Source: Myxococcota bacterium (GTDB taxonomy: Bacteria > Myxococcota_A > UBA9160 > UBA4427). From it: a stretch of DNA of 64,000 bases. The notes beneath the pieces were generated by a model. The model saw nothing but the letters and a program-made list of their open reading frames with translations. It was not told the DNA's origin and searched no databases. Made by a program: the position numbers and the translations under genes. The DNA lies in contig OZ252299.1 in NCBI GenBank assembly GCA_965250285.1, positions 1,056,001-1,120,000 of the forward strand, given 5' to 3'. Below, piece after piece: positions 30,875 to 40,733 of the stretch. How positions within the stretch are numbered: position 1 is the first letter of the stretch; each line of letters starts with the position of its first letter.

Positions 30875-31222
30875 ATGAACCCCGCCGATATTCTCGAACG
30901 GCTCTACGCCGTGATCGAAGAGCGTGCCCGCGAGCGCCCGCAAGACAGCTATGTCGTGAGTCTCCTCGACGGCGGCGTCGACGCGATTGGCGCCAAGGTG
31001 AGCGAAGAGGCGGCCGAGACGATCGAGGCCGCGGCCTCGGGCGATCGTGATCATCTCGCACGCGAGGTGGCCGACCTGATCTTCCATACATGGACTCTGA
31101 TGGCGCACGCCGGTGTCCGGCCCGAAGAGGTCTACGCCGTGCTCGAGGGGCGGTTCGGCACGGGTGGCCTCGAAGAGAAGCGCGGGCGTGCGCTGCAGAA
31201 GGACGACGAAGATGCTCGGTGA
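30875..31222 (+). CDS. hisE: Phosphoribosyl-ATP diphosphatase
   Basis: SYVVSLL, KVSEEAAE, EVADLIFH. Confidence 0.9.
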   Translation: MNPADILERLYAVIEERARERPQDSYVVSLLDGGVDAIGAKVSEEAAETIEAAASGDRDHLAREVADLIFHTWTLMAHAGVRPEEVYAVLEGRFGTGGLEEKRGRALQKDDEDAR

Positions 31223-32090
31223 AGACGAGCTGCGCATTGCGATCCCCTCGAAGGGGAGGCTGCGTGAGGATGCGATCGCGATCCTGCAGGAAGCGGGGAT
31301 GCGGTTTCGGACCGGTGGGCGACGCCTCGCCACGGCGTGTCAGGCCACGGGCACCCGCATCATCTTCACGAACACGGCAGACGTACCGGGTCTCGTCGCA
31401 GAGGGCGTCGTCGATCTCGGGATCACCGGCAGCGACCAGGTCGACGAGAAGGGGGTCGAGGTCGTCGAGCACCGTCGACTCGGCTTCGGTCGATGTCGTC
31501 TGTCGGTGGCCGTGCACAAGGACGCCGGCTTCACGAGCTCCACCGAGCTCGCCGGGAAGGTCGTCGGCGCCAAGTTCGTCCAGCTCGCGCGGCGCTACTT
31601 CGAGCAGCGCGGCGTCGGCGACGTGCATGTCCTCGAGATCCAGGGGGCGGTCGAAGTCATGGTGCTGCTCGGGCTCGTCGACGCGATCGTCGAGATCGTC
31701 GAGACGGGGTCGAGCCTGGTCGAGAACGACCTGATCGAGCTCGATGAGGTGCTCCAGGCCGAAGCCGTGCTCATCGGGCACGCGTCGCCGCGTGACGAGG
31801 CCGGGCGCGACCGCCTGCTGCGCCGCATCGATGGAGTACTCGCCGCACGTCGCTACACGCTGCTCGAATACAACTGTCCTGCGAGCCGGATCGACGAGGC
31901 ATGCCAGATCACGCCTGGCTTCTCGGCCCCGACGATCCAGCCGCTCCACGACAGCGACTGGTGCGCCGTCAAGGTGCTCGTCGAGCGCGCGGACGCGCAG
32001 GACGCGGTCGACCGACTCGAAGCCATCGGCTGCGTGGCGATCCTCGAGACGGGGCTGCGCCACGCGCGGCTGGTCGAAGAAGGCCCGTAG
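31212..32090 (+). CDS. hisG: ATP phosphoribosyltransferase, long form
   Basis: LRIAIPSKGRL, DLGITGSD, GAVE...GLVDAIVEIVETGSSL..N, C-terminal ACT-like domain. Confidence 0.95.
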   Translation: MLGEDELRIAIPSKGRLREDAIAILQEAGMRFRTGGRRLATACQATGTRIIFTNTADVPGLVAEGVVDLGITGSDQVDEKGVEVVEHRRLGFGRCRLSVAVHKDAGFTSSTELAGKVVGAKFVQLARRYFEQRGVGDVHVLEIQGAVEVMVLLGLVDAIVEIVETGSSLVENDLIELDEVLQAEAVLIGHASPRDEAGRDRLLRRIDGVLAARRYTLLEYNCPASRIDEACQITPGFSAPTIQPLHDSDWCAVKVLVERADAQDAVDRLEAIGCVAILETGLRHARLVEEGP

Positions 32091-32398
32091 GCCTGGCCCG
32101 GGGTCGGCGGCGCCGTGGCGCGGGTCACACCTCGACCGCGACCCGAACCATCGTCGCGGTCGCTGCTTGCCAGCGCTCCGCCCAGCGCATTACGCTCTGG
32201 GCCACCGAACCGAGGCCTCGTCTCGGGGGTCGAATCGGCGATCGGTCAGCCCACTTCGGGATGGGCTCGAGCACTCGGCGCAGGACGTCCGAGGGAACCG
32301 ATCGAGAAGTTGATGTCGAAGCGGCCATGCCCGAGCCGGCCAGAGCATCATCGCGGCGCCGAGCCGAAGACGGCCGGCCGCGCATGGAGGGGGTGAAC

Positions 32399-32893
32399 AT
32401 GAGCAAGCGAACTCAGCGAAGCATCCGCGGCATCCTGTTCGGGACGGCGCTCGCCGTCGTGCTCGGCGCGATCGCGCCGTTCGCGGCGACGGCGCAGCAG
32501 ATGAATCCGATGGTGAAGGAGCAGCTCGACCGGATCCCGACGGGCGAAGAAGGGGTCAATCAGATCCTCGAGCCGATGAAGACGCGCCTCGACCTGTCGG
32601 ATGCGCAGGTCGCCGAGGTGAAGCCGATCGTCGAGGAGCTGGTCGCGGGCATGGAGTCGGGCAAGGCCGATCTCGAGTCGGGCGAGACCACGATCATGAA
32701 GTTCATGATGCAGATGAACATGCAGGGTGAAGCGGCCGCCAAAGAGATCGAGCAGCACCTGACCGAACCGCAGCTCGCCGAGTACGAAGCGATGCGCGCA
32801 GAGCAGAAGCAGCGCATGATGGAAGAACGCCGCAAGGCGATGCAGGCCATGATGAAGGCCCGCCAGGACGAAGCCGCAGTCGGCAACAACTAG
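32399..32893 (+). CDS. Secreted helical protein, Spy/CpxP-like (LTXXQ)
   Basis: Signal peptide ending ATA-Q; LDLSDAQ and LTEPQ motifs; Met/Gln-rich. Confidence 0.55.
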   Translation: MSKRTQRSIRGILFGTALAVVLGAIAPFAATAQQMNPMVKEQLDRIPTGEEGVNQILEPMKTRLDLSDAQVAEVKPIVEELVAGMESGKADLESGETTIMKFMMQMNMQGEAAAKEIEQHLTEPQLAEYEAMRAEQKQRMMEERRKAMQAMMKARQDEAAVGNN

Positions 32894-32948
32894 GGGCGAA
32901 CGGGATCGCGCACTGGACCGATCGGCTCGCGCCGGCCTTTCGGTGGGC

Positions 32949-34247
32949 TCAGTCGTCGCTGCGCGAACCGCCATCCAGCTCGAATGCGCCGTGGAGCGGC
33001 CACGGATGCGCGACGACGCGGGGCCGGTAGAGGTCCATGCGCGTCTTCATGACGTCGAGGGTCGCCCACATGTCGCCGTCCGTGCCCGGGGCCAGATTGC
33101 AGACGTACGTCATCAGCAAGATGCCCTCTGGCGAGAGCGCAGCGTGGGCCTTCGACGCGTAGCAGAAGCGCCGGCCGCGTCGCGCATCGCGGGGCGGTTC
33201 GAACGCCTCGGGCATGAGATAGAGGCGCTGACGCTTCGACCACGGGCCCGTCAGCGAGGTCGCGGTGCGCACGAAGATCGAGTTGGCGTCGAGCCGCGGT
33301 GTGTCCGAAGCCGTGCCGCTGCCCGACGTCTGCGTGGGTGAGCCGTAGACGACGAAGTAGAGCCCCGTGTCGCCGATGCGATCGATCGTCATCTCGGACG
33401 CGCTGTCGGGGAGCAGGATGCGCGCGTTTTCGGCGTGGAGTCCGGGCTCCCAACCGCCTCGATGGGTGAACGTCTCGAGGCGGGTCGCGATGTCGTCGGA
33501 CCAGTCTTCGATCCCCTCGACGGGCAGGCGCACGAGGAACCTCGGCTGCTCGATCGTCTCGGGGCTGGGCGTCGCCATCATGTGCACCCAGCCTCGCTCG
33601 ACGTACACGCCGCCCGAGAGCACGGGCTGGCCATCGCTCGTCAGGGCGCGCTGCTCGACGCGCCAGTACGCCGGCGGCGCGTCGGGGTTCTCGACGCGGG
33701 CGAGCAGTGTGCGCGTCACGACAAAGGGCAGGCCGAGCGGGCCACGCGTCGAAGATGGCCGGACCTCGACGAGCACCACGTAGAGCCGCTCGCCGAGGAA
33801 GAAGCCATCGAAGGGCCACACGAAGTGACGCGCGCGGTCGGTCGTGAAGACGGCCGCGGGCCGATCGGCATCGTCGGCGCGCCAGCTGTACTCGATCTCG
33901 AACGCGTCGTCGCTGCGGCAGCGCGAGACCCCGACGCTGTTGTGGATCAGCGCCGCGCCGTCCCGGTCACGCGCGCCGGGCGCGCCGACGTAGGTGTCGC
34001 CGAAGAGCCAGATCGTCTCGTGATCGTCCTGACCCGTTGGCACCGGGATCGAGAACACGCCATCCCCCCCGAGCCAGCCCTCTGCGTACTGGAAGTCGGG
34101 GATGCATGTGCGTTCGCCGGTGCCGAGTGGCCCGGGGATCGCGGCACAGCCGGTCGCCAGGATCGCGACCGACGCCCACGCGAGCGCGAGCCGGCGCCAC
34201 GCGGCGCGCGCGAAGGGAGAGTCTGAGCCGGTACGGCTGGATTGCAT
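32949..34247 (-). CDS. DUF4185/DUF5005-like lipoprotein (putative glycoside hydrolase)
   Basis: Lipobox LATGC; WLGGDGVFSIP, WLFGDTYVG, GPWS, YASKAH. Confidence 0.6.
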   Translation of the reverse strand: MQSSRTGSDSPFARAAWRRLALAWASVAILATGCAAIPGPLGTGERTCIPDFQYAEGWLGGDGVFSIPVPTGQDDHETIWLFGDTYVGAPGARDRDGAALIHNSVGVSRCRSDDAFEIEYSWRADDADRPAAVFTTDRARHFVWPFDGFFLGERLYVVLVEVRPSSTRGPLGLPFVVTRTLLARVENPDAPPAYWRVEQRALTSDGQPVLSGGVYVERGWVHMMATPSPETIEQPRFLVRLPVEGIEDWSDDIATRLETFTHRGGWEPGLHAENARILLPDSASEMTIDRIGDTGLYFVVYGSPTQTSGSGTASDTPRLDANSIFVRTATSLTGPWSKRQRLYLMPEAFEPPRDARRGRRFCYASKAHAALSPEGILLMTYVCNLAPGTDGDMWATLDVMKTRMDLYRPRVVAHPWPLHGAFELDGGSRSDD

Positions 34248-34390
34248 GGCGTCCTCGGTCGAACGACGTCGAGAGGGGAAGACGGCGGATCGCGCCGAGT
34301 CTGACGACGATGGGGCACGCGGGCAAGCAGAAGGTTCCGTGTGCGGCCTGGGAAGGCGAAGTGAACCCATCACGAATCGGATGCGCCCGG

Positions 34391-35263
34391 TCAGGCGGTC
34401 GGGCGCAGCGAGACGAAGAGCGTCCCGCCGATCACGAGTGCGGCCCCCGCCACCGTCCAGGCGTGAATCGGCTCGGCGAAGAAGAGCACGCCGATCGTCG
34501 CGGCGAACACGACCTGCACATAGGAGAGCGCCGTTCCGCGCGATGCCGGCAGCAGCGAGAGGCCGCGCGTCAACCACACCTGCCCGAGCTGGGCGGCGAC
34601 CCCAACGCCGAGCAGGCCCGCCCACTCGATCGGCGTCGGCCAGACGAGGTCACGAAACACGGTCGGGAGCGTCGCCGGGACCGTCACGAGGGGGAAGTAG
34701 AGCACGATGACGAGCGGGTGCTCGGTCGCGCTGAGACGGCGCACCGTGACGTAGGCGCACGCACTGAAGAATGCCCCCGCCAGCCCGAGCGCGACCGCGG
34801 TGGGCGCGAGATCGGTCGCCCGCGCGCTCGAGAGCTGCAGCGCGCTCTGCAGCCAGGCCGGCTGCGCGACGAGCAGGACGCCGATCAAGCTGACGCCGCT
34901 GGCGACGAGCACGCGCGAACTCGCGCGTTCGCCCAGCGCGGCCCAGGCGAGGATCGCGGTGAACGTCGGGTGCGTGTACTGCAAGACCGTCGCCTCGGCG
35001 AGCGGCATGCGCGTGACCGCAGCGAAGACGCACGAGAGGCCGAGAAAGCCGAAGAGGCCCCGCAGCAGAAGCAGTCCGCGTCGCTGGCCGAGCAGGGGGA
35101 TACCCGCCCGACGCAGCAGTGCGTAGCTCAGGCCGAGGCTCACGACCGCGCGCGCGAGCACGATCTCCTGGGTGGGTAGCCGGGTCCCGATCGCCTTGAC
35201 CAGCGCGCTCATCACCGCAAAAGCGGCGGCGCTGCCGATCATCCACGAGGCACCCCGCGCCAT
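34391..35263 (-). CDS. DMT/EamA family transporter
   Basis: About 10 TM helices in two EamA repeats; LLRGLFG, PLAEAT, LGE. Confidence 0.85.
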   Translation of the reverse strand: MARGASWMIGSAAAFAVMSALVKAIGTRLPTQEIVLARAVVSLGLSYALLRRAGIPLLGQRRGLLLLRGLFGFLGLSCVFAAVTRMPLAEATVLQYTHPTFTAILAWAALGERASSRVLVASGVSLIGVLLVAQPAWLQSALQLSSARATDLAPTAVALGLAGAFFSACAYVTVRRLSATEHPLVIVLYFPLVTVPATLPTVFRDLVWPTPIEWAGLLGVGVAAQLGQVWLTRGLSLLPASRGTALSYVQVVFAATIGVLFFAEPIHAWTVAGAALVIGGTLFVSLRPTA

Positions 35264-35782
35264 CACGCCACGGCTGGGCTCGGACGGGCTCGGGGACGGG
35301 GCTTCGCTCAATGTCGGTCCGCAATGACGGTGGATGGAGGGGTGGCCCGGCGACACGGCCGCGACGCCGTGCCCCTTCGGGGTCACGATACCGCACGCGC
35401 ACGCCCGAGCCGGTCTCCGATCGATTTCACTCGCGCATCGCAGGCCTGCCCTCCATCATGGGGGCGCGGGGCCGTCGGATCGAATGCAGCCTCGATGCAG
35501 GCGCCACGTTGTCGCAGGGGCGGGGAGCGGCCGTAAGGTCGATGAACCCGGGACGTCGAGATCGACGTCGATCCCGAAACAGAAGCCGAGCAGAGTCAGA
35601 GGCCGAGCCGAGTCGGAAACAGAGCAGAGCTTGACGCAGAGCAGAAGCCAAGGCTGAAGCCGCCGCGAGAGTCGAAGCCGAATTCGCAGGCGAACCCCCC
35701 GCCACGCAGGAGTGCACAGAGGACGAACCACGAAGCACACACAGAGCGCGCGGCCGCGGGCCGCGCCCGGGAGGAAGAGGAC

Positions 35783-37852
35783 ATGCACAACGTCCAAGTC
35801 GGCCAAACTCGCAGCTTCGCTCTGATCGGCCACGCGGGAGACGGCAAGACCTCACTCGGCGAATCGCTGCTGCACGTCGCGGGCGCCACGTTGGAGCTGG
35901 GCCGCGTCGAAGACGGCTCCTCCGTGTTGAACTCCCTCCCCGAAGAGAACGACGGGCACCACACCCACACCGTCACCTCCCATCTCTACGCCTTCGACGT
36001 CGACGACTACCACTTCACCCTGATCGACACGCCCGGCGACCCGAACTTTCAGGGCGACGGCGAAGTCGCACTTCAGGCCGTCGACGGGGCCGTGCTCGTG
36101 ATCGACGCCGTCGAGGGCGCGAAGTCGGGCACGTCGCGCATGCTGCACATGGCCGAGTCGAACGATGTGCCGGTCGTCGCGTTTCTCAACGGGCTCGACC
36201 GGGACCGCGCGAACTTCGACGGCGCCGTTGCATCGCTCTCGAACCTCGATGCGAACCCGGTGCTGCTCAGCATGCCCGTCGGCAGCGAGGACGAGTTCCA
36301 AGGCGTGGTCGATCTGATCGACCTGTCGTGGCACGGCGCGCCCGAGGCCGCAGGTGAGCTGCCCGACGGCGTCTCCGAGGCGGCCCAGCAGCTGCGGGAG
36401 ACGTTCGTCGAAGCCGTGGCCGAGCACGACGACGCGTTGCTCGAGAAGTACCTCGAAGACGGTGAGCTGACCCGGGACGAGATCATTCGCGGCCTCGCGG
36501 CGGGCGTACGTCGGCACGCGATCCTGCCCGTCGTGTGCGGCTCGGCCGAGCGCGAGCTCGGGGTCGACGTGATGCTGCGCGATCTCGAGGTGCTGTTGCC
36601 TTCGCCCACCGAGCGCGGCGAGTGGGCGGCGAGCGACGTCGCGGGGGACGCGCCCGTCAGCGTGAAGGCCGATCCCGAGGCGCCGTTCTCGGCGGTGGTG
36701 TTCAAGACGATCCTCGACCGCTACGCGGGCACGCTCTCGGTGCTGCGCGTCGTGTCGGGCACGCTGCGCCCCGACCAGACGGTGCTGAATGCGACGCGTG
36801 ACGCCCGGATGCGCGTGGGCAAGCTGCTGATGCCGATGGGCGAGCGCCACGAAGAGGTCGATGAGGCGGGGCCTGGCGACGTCGTCGCGGTGGCGAAGCT
36901 CAAGGATGTGCACACCGGCGACGTGCTGACCTGCGAGAAGGGGGGCGTGCACCTGCGCGAGCTGCAGATGCCCGAGGGCGTCATCAGCTATGCCGTTGCC
37001 GCCCACGACCGCAAGGAAGAGGACAAGGTCTTCGCTTCGCTCGCGAAGCTGGCCGAAGAAGACCCGGCGCTCTCGATCGGGCGCGAGCCGACGACGGGCG
37101 AGTTCCTGCTCTCGGGGCGCGGCGAGCTGCACATCCGCACAGCGGTGCACAAGCTCGAACGACTCTTCAGCGTGTCGGTCGATCTGCGGACGCCGAAGGT
37201 GCCGTATCGCGAGACGATCAGGGCTTCGGTCCAGCACGTGGAGGGCAACCTCAAGAAGCAGTCGGGTGGCGCGGGGATGTACGGCGTCTGCTTCCTCGAT
37301 CTCGAGCCGCTGCCGCGGGGGGGCGGCATCGAGTTCGAGGACAAGGTCGTCGGCGGCGCGATCCCGAGAAACCTGATCCCGGCCGTCGAGAAGGGCGTGC
37401 GCGAGGCGTGCGAGGCCGGGCCGCTGGCCGGCTATCCGGTCGTCGACGTGAAGGCCCGCTGTGTCGACGGCAAGTACCACAGCGTCGACTCGAACGAGAT
37501 GGCGTTCAAGCTCGCGGGCTCGTTCGCCCTGCGCTCGGCGGTCGAGGCGGCGAAGCCCGTGCTGCTCGAGCCGGTGATGACCATCGAGGTGACGGTGCCC
37601 GACGAGCATGTGGGTGATGTGATGGGAGACCTCGCTTCACGCCGTGGCACGGTGCAGGGCACCGAGTCGGCCGGACGCGAGGCCGTGATCACGGCCAGCG
37701 TGCCGATGAGCGAGATTCTCGAGTATGCGAGCGTGCTGACCAGCATCACCGGCGGGAAGGGCATGTTCCACGTTCACTTCTCGCACTACGACGAGCTGAG
37801 CGCGAAGCTTGCGCAGAAGGTGATCGAGGCGAACGCCGCCCCGAGCGCCTGA
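35783..37852 (+). CDS. fusA2: Elongation factor G paralog (EF-G2 type)
   Basis: GHAGDGKT, DTPG, GELH, PKVPYRET, KKQSGG, HSVDSNEMAFK, LLEPVM; G-motifs are divergent. Confidence 0.9.
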   Translation: MHNVQVGQTRSFALIGHAGDGKTSLGESLLHVAGATLELGRVEDGSSVLNSLPEENDGHHTHTVTSHLYAFDVDDYHFTLIDTPGDPNFQGDGEVALQAVDGAVLVIDAVEGAKSGTSRMLHMAESNDVPVVAFLNGLDRDRANFDGAVASLSNLDANPVLLSMPVGSEDEFQGVVDLIDLSWHGAPEAAGELPDGVSEAAQQLRETFVEAVAEHDDALLEKYLEDGELTRDEIIRGLAAGVRRHAILPVVCGSAERELGVDVMLRDLEVLLPSPTERGEWAASDVAGDAPVSVKADPEAPFSAVVFKTILDRYAGTLSVLRVVSGTLRPDQTVLNATRDARMRVGKLLMPMGERHEEVDEAGPGDVVAVAKLKDVHTGDVLTCEKGGVHLRELQMPEGVISYAVAAHDRKEEDKVFASLAKLAEEDPALSIGREPTTGEFLLSGRGELHIRTAVHKLERLFSVSVDLRTPKVPYRETIRASVQHVEGNLKKQSGGAGMYGVCFLDLEPLPRGGGIEFEDKVVGGAIPRNLIPAVEKGVREACEAGPLAGYPVVDVKARCVDGKYHSVDSNEMAFKLAGSFALRSAVEAAKPVLLEPVMTIEVTVPDEHVGDVMGDLASRRGTVQGTESAGREAVITASVPMSEILEYASVLTSITGGKGMFHVHFSHYDELSAKLAQKVIEANAAPSA

Positions 37853-38002
37853 CTGGGGGAGCCAACGCATCGGGCCCGAAGACGCGTCGAGCGTCTCCGG
37901 GCCCTCTGTGTTCAGCGCGGTGCTGCCGTCGACCGGCGCGGGCCACCGTATCGTGCTCGGGGGAGCATGCGACCGGGTGGGTTCGCGTGGCCGGCCCGGC
38001 GC

Positions 38003-38731
38003 TCAGCTCGGCTTCTGCGATGCGCCCGCAACGGGCTTGGCGGCGCAGCGCAGGCGGCGCATGCGTGCGACGAGTCCACTCCGCCCGCCCGCCTGCACGT
38101 TGCCGAGCAGCAGCGCGGTCGTCGGCCCGTCATGTGTGTTGCGCCAGCAATGGGGCTGCGTGCCCTTGAAGTGGATCGTGTCGCCGGGACGCAGCGTGAA
38201 CTCGTCGTTGGCGACCCGCACCTCGAGCTCGCCGGTCTCGACCATCAGCACGACGTCGCCCGAAAGATGCTTGATGCGCTCGCCTCCGAAGGTGAACGCC
38301 TCGGGATGCGTGATGCGCCAGAGCTCGATCTCGGGGGCGAGGGCCTCGCCGATCAGCCACTCGATGTGGATCCCCTTGCCCGTCACGAGCTCGGCGCCCG
38401 TGCCCGCGGGCGTGTGGACCGCACCCGACTCGCCGTCGGCGTCTTCGAGCAGCTCGGTGGGACGGCGGCCGAGGCCTTCCGCTAGCTTCAGCAGGACCGC
38501 GATCGTCGGCACGGTCTGCCCGTTCTCGATCTTGTGGATCGTCGACGGCGACACGTCCGACCGGTTGGCGAGCACCTGCAGGCTCATGCCCGCGGCGGTT
38601 CGCCAGGTCTTGATGCGATGAGCGATGCGATCCACCTGCTCGGCGACGGGCAGCCCCCGGTCGTCGGTGGGGGAGGATCGGAGGGCCGGCTCGGCCGGCG
38701 CGGGATGGAACGGCGCATTGGCTACGGACAT
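38003..38731 (-). CDS. XRE family HTH regulator with cupin domain
   Basis: RIKTWRTAAGMSLQVLANRSDVSPSTIHKIENGQTVPT; cupin LRPGDTIHF..PHCWRN. Confidence 0.9.
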   Translation of the reverse strand: MSVANAPFHPAPAEPALRSSPTDDRGLPVAEQVDRIAHRIKTWRTAAGMSLQVLANRSDVSPSTIHKIENGQTVPTIAVLLKLAEGLGRRPTELLEDADGESGAVHTPAGTGAELVTGKGIHIEWLIGEALAPEIELWRITHPEAFTFGGERIKHLSGDVVLMVETGELEVRVANDEFTLRPGDTIHFKGTQPHCWRNTHDGPTTALLLGNVQAGGRSGLVARMRRLRCAAKPVAGASQKPS

Positions 38732-38982
38732 GGACAACTCCAGGGGGGGCCAGCTCGGGCTAGGGCGCGTTCGGGGCCTTGCGCGACAATCGGCCTGCCA
38801 GATTCGGTCAAGTGGTCGTCGGCACGAGGAATTCCCGATGACTTGCAACGGGGACGTCGACCACCCTAAAGACGGCATTCCTGTTTTGCAAACGTTTTCG
38901 TATCTGAAACTGGCAACAGTTGTGCCGCAGAATTGATCCGGCGCCGTCTGCGACTCGGAGTCAGCTGCGCCTCGGAGGCTCG

Positions 38983-40140
38983 ATGAGCGAATTCTCTCGC
39001 GCGACCCAGTACCTGCGCGACTTCGTCGCGATCCCGTCGGTGAACCCGATGGGTCGCGACGACGTGCCCGCGTCGATCGCCGGCGAGACCCGACTGGCCG
39101 AGCACCTCGAGAACGTGTTGCGCGCACACGCCATCGATGCGGTGCGCGTGGGCGAGGGGGCGCGGCAGAGCGTGGTCGCCGAGGTGCGCTGCGACGCCCC
39201 CGACGCCGACACGGTGCTCGTGGCGTCCCACATCGATACGGTGCCCGTCGATCACATGGCGATCGATCCCTTCGCACCCGACGTCGTCGATGGGCGCCTC
39301 TACGGTCGGGGCAGCTGCGACACGAAGGGTGGCATGGCGGCGTTGATCGCAGCGCTCGAGCGCGTGCTACCGAGCGGGGGGCTGGCGCGCAACGTCATCG
39401 TGGTCGGCGAAGCCGACGAGGAGCTCTCGAGCCAGGGGGTGCAGGACGTGTTGGATCATCTGGGAGGGCGGCGGCCCGACTGGGTGCTCGCGACCGAGCC
39501 GACGTCGCTCGAGATCGTCAACGCGCACAAGGGCGTCGTGCACATTCGTCTCGAGGCCCATGGAGAGGCGGGGCATGCGTCGGCGCCGGTCGGACGCCGC
39601 AACGCCATCGTCGAGCTGGCGCGCGCCGCCGTCGCGCTGGCTGAGCTCGGCCTGGAACTCCAGTCGACCGACCACCCCGCGCTCGGGCCGGCCACACTCT
39701 CGGTTGGACGCTTCGGCGGGGGCCAGGCGCCGAACATCGTGCCCGACGCGGCTTGGCTCGTCGCCGATCGTCGGTCACTCCCGGGTGAGACGCTGAGTGC
39801 GATCCAGGCAGAGATCGAAGCCGCGGTGAAGCGGGCGGGATGCGAGGGTGTGCGCGTCGTCGCATGCACGCAGGAGAAGCCCGCGCTCGGAACGCCCGAG
39901 GACCACGCCTGCGTGGGGCACTGCCGGGCCGCGCTCGGCCGGATCGGCCACGAAGCCGTGACGGGCACGGTGGCGTTCGGGACCGACGCGGGGGTCTTCA
40001 GCGAGCTCGACATCCCCGGCGTCGTGATGGGGCCGGGTTCGATCGAGCAGGCGCACACCGAACGCGAATGGGTCGAGGTCGCCCAGCTTGATGCCATGAC
40101 CGACTTCTTCGAGCAGCTGCTCCGGTCGCCGGAGCGCTAG
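38983..40140 (+). CDS. M20 family metallopeptidase (ArgE/DapE-like)
   Basis: SHIDTVP, GRGSCDTKGG, DEE, TEPT, GHAS, GTDA, GPGSIEQAH. Confidence 0.9.
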   Translation: MSEFSRATQYLRDFVAIPSVNPMGRDDVPASIAGETRLAEHLENVLRAHAIDAVRVGEGARQSVVAEVRCDAPDADTVLVASHIDTVPVDHMAIDPFAPDVVDGRLYGRGSCDTKGGMAALIAALERVLPSGGLARNVIVVGEADEELSSQGVQDVLDHLGGRRPDWVLATEPTSLEIVNAHKGVVHIRLEAHGEAGHASAPVGRRNAIVELARAAVALAELGLELQSTDHPALGPATLSVGRFGGGQAPNIVPDAAWLVADRRSLPGETLSAIQAEIEAAVKRAGCEGVRVVACTQEKPALGTPEDHACVGHCRAALGRIGHEAVTGTVAFGTDAGVFSELDIPGVVMGPGSIEQAHTEREWVEVAQLDAMTDFFEQLLRSPER

Positions 40141-40152
40141 GGAGCCTTTGCC

Positions 40153-40425
40153 CGGTTCGCGGTGCCAGGGCCGGGGCAGGCGGGGGCACCGTGCTCGGAC
40201 ATTCTCGGCGCGACCTGACTGGGAAGCTCCGATGTTGCGCACGTCGCGCCTGCGAACTGCGCGCGGTACCCCCGACTGCCCCGGCCGCGGTCCGCGGTGC
40301 CAGGGCCGGGGCAGGCGGGGGCACCGTGCTCGGACATTCTCGGCGCGACCTGACTGGGAAGCTCCGATGTTGCGCACGTCGCGCCTGCGAACTGCGCTCG
40401 GTACCCCCGACTGCCCCGGCCTCGG
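40153..40425. repeat. Two tandem near-identical 135-bp units, each a long imperfect palindrome (REP/MITE-like)
   Basis: Period 135. Each unit (40169-40286, 40304-40421) has ends GGCCGGGGCAGGCGGGGGCACCG / CGGTACCCCCGACTGCCCCGGCC (21/23 complementary) and inner arms GGCGCGAC/GTCGCGCC. Confidence 0.9.
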
Positions 40426-40733
40426 GACGCTTCGGTCACAGCGCAGCACGCGTCCTCATGTGAGCCCCGGGGTGGCTGTTCGATCCGGAGCGCGTGCATG
40501 TCCCGCCCCTTCGGGCGAGTCGAGATCCGCTTTCTTCCGAGTCCGCTGGGCCTCGTCGCGGGGCATGCAACGAGATGGCCCGATCGACGCGCGGAGCGTC
40601 GATCGGGCGGTGGATCAGCGCGCGGGCATCCGGCGGCTCCCCCCGGAGTCGGCCACCCTGGCCTGTGCCGGCTTGCCCGCGCGCGATCGGCTCGTTTCGC
40701 GCACCTCAGGCCAGCGAATAGGCGCGGCCCGGG

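Noticed and set aside
30875..32090. hisE-hisG separated from the other his genes
   Set aside because: Split his operons and hisE-hisG pairs are common, so this is not unusual.
40153..40425. Possible CRISPR array
   Set aside because: Only two 135-bp near-identical units, no unique spacers and no cas genes in the window.
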